From positions 116,128,001-116,192,000 of the forward strand of contig NW_024704742.1 in the NCBI RefSeq assembly GCF_018977255.1: a stretch of 64,000 bases of DNA. The letters are read 5' to 3'. This DNA comes from Callorhinchus milii. Its lineage: Eukaryota. The notes under the pieces are model-generated. The model saw only the letters and a list, made by a program, of their open reading frames with translations, was not told where the DNA came from and searched no databases. A program made the position numbers and the translations under genes. Shown here piece after piece: positions 27,923 to 37,239 of this stretch. Within the stretch, counting starts at the first letter, position 1; the number at the start of each line of letters is the position of its first letter.

Positions 27923-28245
27923 GTGGAGTCCTGTAGTTCAGTGGTTAGAGAACTCGCTTTGCAAGTGAGAGACCTGAGTTCAATTCCAGGCAGGTCAGGG
28001 CCAAACCTTGGGCAGGTTTCCTTACTCCACACGCCTGATAATAATCCCTTCAAAAGAAAAACAATAATAAATTGGTCATTTTCAATCTACGACTGTTTGT
28101 GGGACATTGCTGTGCGCAATTGGCTGCCGCGTTCGCCCACAAATATACAGTCAATTCACTTTACAATGTGTTCTGTGAAGTGCTTTGGGACGTCTTCCCG
28201 ATGTGAAAAGCGCTATATCAAATGCAAGGATTATTATTATTATCA
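27923..28245 (+). mobile_element. Full-length young tRNA-Deu SINE
   Basis: Near-identical to the 16510 copy; TTAATAA at 27915-27921 and 28246-28252. Confidence 0.92.
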
Positions 28246-28293
28246 TTAATAATGGGTATGCCCTGTATTTTCACAGTCAAAGTCCAATATATA

Positions 28294-28402
28294 TAGGGTG
28301 ACCAAAAAGTCGTGATATCGACCTTATTATCTAAGAAAAAATCATCATTTCTTTAAGACTTATTAGACATTGTCATGATATCATAACTTTTTGGTCATCC
28401 TG
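28294..28402. mobile_element. 109-bp Tc1/mariner-type MITE
   Basis: 26-bp terminal inverted repeats: tagggtgaccaaaaagtcgtgatatc versus the reverse complement of the right end caggatgaccaaaaagttatgatatc; sits in TA-rich sequence. Confidence 0.75.
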
Positions 28403-28999
28403 TCTACATACAAATATATGTATATATACTGAGAGTGCCTCCTTTCCTATGATGCCCTCTTTTTACGTTTACAATAAGGTGAGCTTGGCTGATCGTGGGA
28501 GCTTAACCTATAGTTGTGGCGGCCAGAGTGCTCCACTGATGCCCCCCCCCCAACTCCCCCTCCCACCCCACAGTTGAGTTTTTGGAAATTCAGTTGATGA
28601 TTAAAGTGGAGAAAAAACAATGTGATTTCCCCTAACTGTTCAGATTATATAATCGTCTGCAGATCCGGAAACGACACAAAGCTTTGCAGACTACTTCTCT
28701 GATTCTCCTCGAAGAGAGCACGTGTTACATTAGGTTACTATAGCAGGCTAGAGAGAGTGCATTTGTTTGGTAAATTGAATGCCAAGAGGCTTGAGCTGTG
28801 ATATTACCTGCACTGTTTGCAGGTCTTGATTCTTCTCTCTAACTGTGAGTTCTTTTGTATCCTCTAGAGCTTCTTCTTTCTTCAAAAAAGCTTTATATGT
28901 TTTGATATGGTACAAAGATACCAGCATCAATCCAGTCTGTAGCTTTATTTGGACAAATTGTAAACCCTTTTCTTTTTCCTATACACAGATGCAGGAGAA

Positions 29000-29032
29000 A
29001 TGGAGCTAAGTCACCGCAAAGTGCCAATTTAT
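29000..29032 (+). CDS. ARHGEF28: ARHGEF28-like RhoGEF, first coding exon (MELSHRKVPIY); the exon starts at 28989 with 11 nt of 5'UTR
   Basis: Pyrimidine tract and acceptor CAG end at 28988; ATG at 29000; donor GTAAGT at 29033 (phase 0). The peptide resembles the recalled ARHGEF28 start MELSCSEAPLY. Confidence 0.8.
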
Positions 29033-31124
29033 GTAAGTACTTTAGCGTTCATATTTTGCGTATCTGCGCTATTTGTTTGTCTCTACCTATGTGGCAACTG
29101 CTTGTTTAAACCTGATCTAAGCAAACCATGAACTGTTAGTGTGTGCTGAATAGATGTATGTCTTCTGCATTTATAAATATTAAGGCTTTTCCTATTCATC
29201 TATACATTTTTTCGTAGAGTGCAATGAAATATTGTTGTGCAATTTACTTGAATAATTTCTTTGTGTAAACATCCCATCCAGCTGAGTTTTTATTAATATA
29301 AGCTGTGTTTGTGTTGATATAACATTTACCTGATATAACTTGCAGTGTGCTCTTGCATGGAAGCAGTGCAGTTTATTGAATTTATTTTTGTGTGCATATT
29401 GGGTAAAAATCTGTCCTGAAACATTTCTTAAGTAAAAGTAGATGCAAACAAGAGTTTTACAAGAGCCGACTGTATTGTGCTGCATTTTCAGCTGAAAGAT
29501 ACCAGAGGGTAATTCTGTAGAAGTAGGGAATGCTTTCCCAGGTCTATTTATGTGTATTATGAAAGTAATGTTTGTATAGATAGTTTAATTTTGCTGCATT
29601 TTGTTACGACACAACTTATTTTATACACAAAGGCATTGGTGCTTTTATTTTTTATATAGGATGACTTTCCCTGTTGGATTTGTCTTGTGAAATTGAATGC
29701 TAAAAGTGTAGAGTTTTAAGTTGTTAAAGTCATTGTTGGGATCATTTATCTAACCTTACTGTCCTTTATATGTGAAAAAACATTTTAAAGAAACAATGGA
29801 CTGCCTTATTCTGAAATTGGGTCATCTACAAATTAGCTTTTATTTAACGTCACGCAACCACATGAAGTAGGTCATTTAAGTATTCCCGCAGAAAGTACAC
29901 CTTTAAAGTCTTTTTTCCAACTTTGTTACGTATTGCCTTTTGGAATGACTAAGTACTTAGTGTAGTATGATTGATATGCTAACACCATAACATATTATAA
30001 TATAATAGTGGGTGTTTTTTCTCTGGTGCATGTTTGTAGAAGCCTGAGCCATATGCCATTTGCTAGAAAATTCACTGTAAAAATTTAAAACACCTAAGCA
30101 AAATTTGAAAACTTCTCTTAAAGAGGAAGGAAAGTCTAGGGATATATTTTCTAATACCTGTGGAGGACAAAAAACATCTTTAAGTTCAAATCAATTTAAA
30201 TGTGTTATCCTTTGTGGACATTGCCACAGTTGCAAATCTACACGGATCTGTTTCAGAACAATGTTTTCTCTGTTGGATAAGGGAAAGTTTCTGTGCTTTA
30301 TTTTGCCTTTTGATAAGAGGGTGGTTGTGATAAGTTACAGTACCAAAATGGACCATTATTTATAATCCACATGAGTCTCTGCTCCATCCTAATCCTCTCC
30401 CGGTCCCTGATTCCCTTCTTGATTGGAAGTTGAGTGTGTAAGAGAAGATAGGCAAAACACTGGGTCTTACTGCAGTATTTGGCAGTGAAGTCTCCCAACA
30501 CGTTGAGCTATTGTGTTTGTAACTGATTTGTGTATAATTGCTTGACTTGCATGTGGGTAAAGCATCACACTCACACAACACTTTTAAGGACTATTGGAAA
30601 TATCGTAAGAGAACACAATATTTGAATATTTGCCCGAGAATTACAGAAAGTGCTCATATGGTTTATTAAATCAGAAGGACCACCCCTCCTTCCTGATTAT
30701 GTTCCACCCTTGTTACACACTCAAACCTTTTCAGACACTGAACTTTCCTCTCTATTTAGTGAAGTTTTACAGGCAATGAGTGCAATCAGATAAGCTGGTG
30801 TTTTGGATTTTGTGAGCGGAAACGACTATAACCCAAATGGCTTGTCTGAGGAGAAATGAACGTTATCAGTTTACACAGTTAACCAGCAACCGGAAAATAT
30901 TCAAACAAATTTTATTATAAAAACTGATGGATATTCCAAAAAATTGTTCTATTTTTCAAAACTGAATTGCTCAATCACTTGTATGCAGGGGAAGCAAATC
31001 TTTTATTTGCAGTTCATTGAAATATAGCCCTGTGAAAAATATATGCCTAATGAAGTATGGTTACTGACTTGTTAAAGATCATTTGACTCCTTGAATATTG
31101 TTACATTCATTATTTTATACTGTA

Positions 31125-32296
31125 CAGCCCTACCCACTTATCTCAAACCCACTTATGTCGACATAAAATTGCACTCCTTCCTCGCATAGAACCCACTAAA
31201 ATTACCATGTATGTCTACTTCAACATAAACACTTATGACGACAAAGTCCCCATGTATATTGCGTTATTACCACTTGCGTCGACAGGCTCTGATTGTTGCG
31301 TGTGACCAGTGAGTCAGTGGGTCAGTCGTGTGTGCATGAGTGATTACATGTGTATGTGTGTGACACATGGGTGTCTGGCAAGTGTTAGGGTGGTTAGGCC
31401 CATAAAGTAGCCATGTTGTGAGTGCCGTTCACACTGCTGTACCACGATGACTGGAATGAAACGGAAACTTCATTTGAAAGTGATGGAGGATAAATATTGC
31501 GCAGTCGGAGCAATTGAGAATGGAAAGTCCAAAAGTAAGTTAACGAAACCTTCTCAGTGAAGCACAACAAACCTACATTGTTGGTTATAATCTGCCGCGA
31601 TCATAAAGGCCGAGTAAGAAGCAGGGACATGTGCGTCCAGCTGAGGAAAAGAAAAACTGCAAAATATGAAGATGTTTAGAATGCATTAGCGACATGGTTT
31701 AATCAAACACTCACCGAAAATCCCACTATCACAATTAATTGTGATGTGTTCAATGAGAACGCCAGGGCTTTTACTGATCAGCTAGGCATGGAAAATTTCA
31801 CCACAAGTAATGAGTTGTTTAGTTGCTTGAATGTTCAGTATGTTCTTGTGTATAAAAAAATTTGTGGTGAGGCTAAATCCGCCAACGTTCTAGCTTTGAA
31901 GAGTGAAAGACCTGACTCTAGGAAATTCTGTGGGACTATCACTTGGACCGTATTTAAAATGCGGATGAACTACTTTGGTTCGAAGTGTACTCGGGACAAA
32001 AACTTACAGCATTAAGGGACAACTCTGTATTGAGGGTAACCAACTTAAAGACTGTGGTTCAATTAAGGTCATCACCAACATGACTGGAACAGATAAGCTA
32101 CAGATTCTCATAATAGGAAAGTCAAAAACCCGCAATGCTTCAAAAACGTAAAACATCTACCAGTCGATTATGGAGCCAATGCCAAAGTCTGGATTACGTC
32201 TGATATTTTCACCAAAAGGGTCTAAAAGCTAGAACACAAGATGACCACGCTTGGTTTGGAAAATTATATTATTAGTCAATAACTGCTTTGCGCACT
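31125..32296 (+). mobile_element. Fossil pogo/Tigger DNA transposon (left end, CENP-B-type HTH and DDE_1 transposase remnants)
   Basis: TA|CAG terminus and repeated ccacttat..c motifs; from 31447 MTGMKRKL..EDKY; RKRKTAKYEDV*NALATWF; NFTTSNE; KKICGEAKSA; NADE; NMTGTDKLQILIIGKS; HLPVDYGANAKVWITSDIF; ILLVNNCFAH. Stops and frameshifts are present. Confidence 0.88.
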
Positions 32297-32690
32297 GAAA
32301 TATGAAGGAAGGGGCAAGGTGGAGGGATAGAGGAAGAGTGTTACAGAGTTGCGGGGTATAGTAATTGAAAATGCAGTCACTGATGGTAGAATGGAGGATA
32401 CGAGGGACAAGCAGGAGGCCTGAGACAGTTGAGTGGAGGAGTGGGTAGAGGTAGTGCACCTCAATTTCATCCCTATACTGGGCAGTGGATTGGGAAGTAA
32501 ACAGTTGGGAGATGGTAGGAAATTAAGGGATTTGACGACTAATGTTAGGATCTTGAACTCAATTTGTTCGGTGATGGAGAGCCAGTGGAGGCTGGTTAGA
32601 ACTGGTCTGATGAGGGTACGGAATTTAGTGTGGGTGAGTATATGGGCGGCGAGTTTTGGATTAACTGGATTTTGGGTGGATAGGAAGTTC
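32297..32690 (-). mobile_element. Degenerate L2 3' fragment truncating the Tigger fossil
   Basis: Minus strand SGLLLVPR...PQLCNTLPLSLHLAPS; aggatcttgaactcaat matches the L2 consensus. Confidence 0.72.
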
Positions 32691-33697
32691 TAGGTGTTTA
32701 AAAAGATGGGAGGCCAATGCAACTGTAAGGCAGCTACTTAATTTGGACCACAAATACAGAACTAGCGATTAAATTTAACACTTACCAAAAGACGAGGCAG
32801 GACTAGAGATTACAAGTTTATATCTGATGGGGTAGTGGATATGCGGGACATACCATTAACAAAAAGCAGTTAGATTAATTATTAATTTACAACCTCAATT
32901 TCATCCCTATACTGATAATTATCCACTTCCTTTTGGAGGCTAAGGTAAAAATAATCCTTGCATTTGATATAGCGCCTTATCACATCTTTGAGGCGTCTAA
33001 AGTGCTTCACAAAATATACTATAAAGTGAATTGACTATATTTTGTGGGCGAAATGCAACAGCCAATTGTGCACAGCATGAGAGATGTCTCAAAGCGCTAC
33101 ACAAGTTTTTTTACTATAAAGTGCAGTGAGTGTATTTCTAGGCAAATATACTGAGGTTGTAAAGTACTCTGCTGCTGAAGACTGGGTGTAGGCTGTGGAG
33201 GTCATTAGATCAATGCTAGACTCTGAAGATATGGTGATGAATGAATATTCCGCTTGATTACACTCAGACATAAGGAAGTCATTATTACAGAACTTTCCTT
33301 TGGGAGACTAGGTTGGACTGAATCCATAGTGGAGTAGATTGTCTGTTGCATGTCGCAATTGTATCAGGGAAACGTGAGAGAAGACATTTTTATGTACTTT
33401 CTTACATTCTTATGATTTTGTTATCTAATCAATAATAATAAAGGAGTTTCTCCCAGTGGCCTAGCCAACCAATTCCGCCCCTATCAGCCACCCCCCCCCC
33501 CCCCCCCCCGAGTATAAAATTGGTTATTCACTTCTAGGTAGCTTGTGGACTTTTCTGTACATGAATCGGCTAGACCGTTCACCTACAAAACAGAGTCACT
33601 GCATTTATAATAAAATCCTATGAAGGATCCTATTAAATCCTTAATATTATTAATAATAATAAGTGAATGTTGTATACCCTTGCAAGTGCTTCCCTTT

Positions 33698-34016
33698 AAT
33701 AATAATAATCCTTGCATTTGATATAGCGCTTTTCATGTCGGGAGGACGTCCCAAAGCGCTTCACAGAACCCACTGTAAAGTGAATTGACTGAATATTTGT
33801 GGCGACCGCAGCAGCTAATTGCGCACAGCAATGTCCCACAAACAGTCGTAGATTGAAAATGACCAATTTATTATTGTTTTTGGTTTTGGAGGGATTATTA
33901 TTAGGCGTGTGGAGTAAGGAAACTTGCCCAAGGTTTCGCCCTGACCTGCCTGGAATTGAACTCAGGTCTCTTGCTTGCAAAGCGAGTGCTCTAACCACTG
34001 AGCTACAGGACTCCAC
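33698..34016 (-). mobile_element. Full-length young tRNA-Deu SINE
   Basis: Reverse complement of the same family from head to (TTA)n tail. Confidence 0.92.
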
Positions 34017-34029
34017 TTTGCATTCCCTC

Positions 34030-34930
34030 GTGGAATCATAGCAATTTACAGCACAGAAGGTGGCCATTCAGCACATCAAGTCTGCACCGACTCTCAGAGC
34101 AAGGTGTTCATTTAATCCCATTGCCTTATCCCCATAGCACTTCAAGCTTCTATCTCTCATATAACTGCCCTCTTGCAACCCACAATGGACTCTGTCTCTA
34201 CCACTTTACTTGGCTGGGCATACCAACAACTTTGAGAGAAAACATTTTCTACCAAGCTCTCCTTTCATTCCTCTTGTGACTCTTATAGCTATGGCCCTTA
34301 GTCACTGATTTCTCTACCAGTGGAAACAGCTTCTCCTTATTTACTTTGCCAAAACCCCTCATAATTTTGTACACCTCTATCATGTCACCTCTCAACCTTG
34401 CCTGCTCCAGTGGAAATAAACCCAACTGCTCCAATCTCTCCTCATAACTGTGGAGTCCTGTAGCTCAGTGGTTAGAGCACTCATAGACCTAGGTTCAATT
34501 CCCAGCAGGGAAAAATGTTGGGCAAGTTTCTTTACTCCACAGGGCTCTGTTTACCTAGCAGTAAGTAGGACGGTTGTTAGTTGATTGGCGGATCGCTTTT
34601 CCGAGGGTAATAATTTCTTCAAAAAAAATTGGTCACTTCAATCCACGACTGTTTGTGGCTGCTGCGTTTTGCCCACAAAATATACAGTCAATTCACTTTA
34701 CAGTATATTCTGTGAAGCGTTTTGAGACGTCTTGACGACTTGATAAGGCGCTACATCAAATGCAAGGATTATTATCATAACTAAAACCCCTATTCTCTGG
34801 GATCATCCTTGTAAATCATCTTTCCCGATGTGAAGTGCACAAAACTGAACACGGTATGGCAGTTCTGACCTAACCAGTGATTTCTACAAACTCAGCGTTA
34901 TTGTTGTGCTTTTGTATTCAATGTTCCTAC
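34030..34930 (-). mobile_element. CR1 3' fragment interrupted by a SINE at 34450-34774
   Basis: LEQLGLFPLEQARLRGDMIEVYKIMRG...LFPL...TKGHSYK on the minus strand. Confidence 0.88.
34450..34774 (+). mobile_element. tRNA-Deu SINE, long subfamily, with an 8-bp target site duplication
   Basis: TCATAACT at 34442-34449 and 34775-34782; inserted into CR1. Confidence 0.88.
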
Positions 34931-35454
34931 TTTCCACGTAACTGATTTGTTAACACTGTATGTCTAGTGGATTAGATTAGAGTGGAATCGGCACATTTTG
35001 GAGTAAAATGTGATGTTTGGGTAAGATTGTTTTCCGCTCTGCCAAACCAATGAAAGATGAAACTGTCATCCACAGTGTAAACTGTGGCTTGATGTATTCT
35101 TGTAAACTGTAAACCAGAGAGAAAAGCTGTGAGGTTACTTTCAAAGTATTGAGTTCAGGAGTATGTACATAAAGATATCTGGTGGGTAAAATGAAGCAAA
35201 TTGATGGTAAATTAAGTTCACAAATCAGTTGAATTTTGGGAAGATTTAAGTGCCTGGCGGGACAAAATAATTGATATTGCAGATTTTTATTACAGTAATT
35301 TTCAAAATTGCAATAAAGATTCCCAGGCACAAAACACAAATGCTTCCCTTTAGTCTGGTTTACTAAGCAGGGATGTGGTGATCTTCTAAGATCAATCGCA
35401 GCTGGATTTTCCCATCCTTCCTTATACTTTGATGAAGTTCAATGATGGTTCACT

Positions 35455-35930
35455 TGACTAATACCTGGCCTGAAGGGGTTTAGCTGTAATGAGAGGCAAG
35501 ATAGACCAGGGTCTTATTACTTAGAGCAGAGGATGTTAAGGGGTGATCTGATCGAGGTATTTAAAAGAATGAAAAGAATTGAAAGATAATGGATGGCTGT
35601 TCTCCTTGGTGGAGGGATCCATTACAAGTGGCATAGACTTGAATTACCCAAGACAATTAGAACTGAGGTCTGGATACATTTCTTCACAAAGAGGGTTATG
35701 AAGACATGTAATGCTCTGCCTCATAAAGCTGTAGAGGCAGAATCAATAAGGATGTTTAAAAGAGAGATATCCGTCTATTGCTCTTTTAAACATCCTTATT
35801 GATTCTGCCTTGGGTAGTAGAGGTATTCAGGACCTGGTGAAAGTTAGGTCATTCGGATTGAAAGATCTTCCAAGTTCCAATAAACTGGTAGAACAGGCTT
35901 GGTGTGTTGTATGATCTCCTCCTTTCCCTG
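35455..35930 (+). mobile_element. CR1 3' fragment
   Basis: LEQRMLRGDLIEVFK; FFTKRVMKTCNALP. Confidence 0.8.
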
Positions 35931-37053
35931 TTTTCCTATGTTCCTTGCCAGAGAATGGGAGAGAAGAAAGAATTGAGAATGCAACAACAACACATTTACA
36001 TGTATATAGTGCCTTTCAGGTCGGGAGGACATCTCAAGGTGCTGGGATACAGTGTGTTTATCTTCCATTTGTTTTTCTGTCTTGTTCCTGTGTTTCCCTT
36101 TTCTGTTAATTTCTCTGTAACTGTATCACTCTTTTCAGCAAACTCCCAAGAAAATCAGGAAGACAGCCAGGGGGATATCTAAATTGAATAAAGGCAGATG
36201 GAGATACTGTATTAAGCTGGGAACTAATTTAAATGAACAGAAAGATGCACAAATGAAACAGTATAAAAGAGTGACTGAGAAACCAAGCAAAAACTAGAAC
36301 TGAAGAAAGATAGACTACAGAAAATGTGCAGTCTGTTTTCCACGTGGCATTTTATTTGTAGGGGGACAAATTTATTTTTTTACTGTCATTGATTTTATTT
36401 TTGCATTTTCTTCAGGCGCAGAAAAAACATTTAACATAAGAATTTGCCCATACCCTAATTCCAGAATTTAAAATGCTGATTTTTCAGTTTTATTTGTGGT
36501 TTTATATTTAAAAAAACATGAATTATTTCATTGTGTTTTGCTGTTTGTAAAATTGTCAAACTGCTAGCTATGACTTAATGCTAACCTTCAAAATGATATT
36601 TATTGGTTTTGACACTACAATAAAACAGAATCAAATTTGATGTGGCACTTACTCTCGACCCAGGAGGTGTGAGTTTGGTTTGTCAGAATGTTCTTTTATT
36701 ACCCAGTTGTTTTAAATGAGAACAAATTGGCACTTGGTATATTTAGATAATTCTTCGACTTTGTCTGCTTTGACCTGCATTCTCAGTATGATTTTTAAAA
36801 AATCGTTATATTGGAAAGTCTTGCTTATAAGCTACAGATTCCTCACAGTGTAAAATTAGTCTCTAACATTAGTTTACTTTATTGCTTTACAAAAGCTGGA
36901 ATTAGATCTAGAAACACATCTGTTTGGCTCAATTGGCAGCTCTCTGTTCTCTGTGTCTTAACTGTTGTAGATTCAAGTCCTAAACTGACCGAGGACATAC
37001 TACATGTTTGACTGTTTTGTCCTTTAGATGGGAAGTTAAACTAAATACCCATT

Positions 37054-37239
37054 AAAAACAAAAACAGAAGTCGGTGGGAATGCTCAGCAGGACCATGACC
37101 CTTCATCAGAATAGGGTCATGGACCCAAAACGTTAACTCACTTTCCTTTCTCCATAGATGCTACCTGACCTGCTGAGTATTCCCAGCGACTTCTGTTTTT
37201 TTTCAGATTTCCAGCATCTGCAGTACTTTGTGTTTTTTT
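37054..37239. mobile_element. Palindromic Penelope-type repeat with a 12-bp target site duplication
   Basis: 32-bp outer inverted repeat (37060-37091 / 37169-37200, 30/32 matches); TSD taaatacccatt / taaatactcatt; same family as 63383-63484. Confidence 0.7.

Noticed and set aside
28663..28733. Possible extra upstream exon (ctgcag...tag|gttact)
   Set aside because: Weak pyrimidine tract and donor, in-frame stop and no homology support.
33490..33509. Poly-C run as a functional G-quadruplex
   Set aside because: A homopolymer expansion inside a decayed SINE; no further evidence.
33696..34067. Repeated ORF family (ESCSSVVRALALQARDLSSIPGR...) seen in many places
   Set aside because: Translation of SINE copies, not a protein family.
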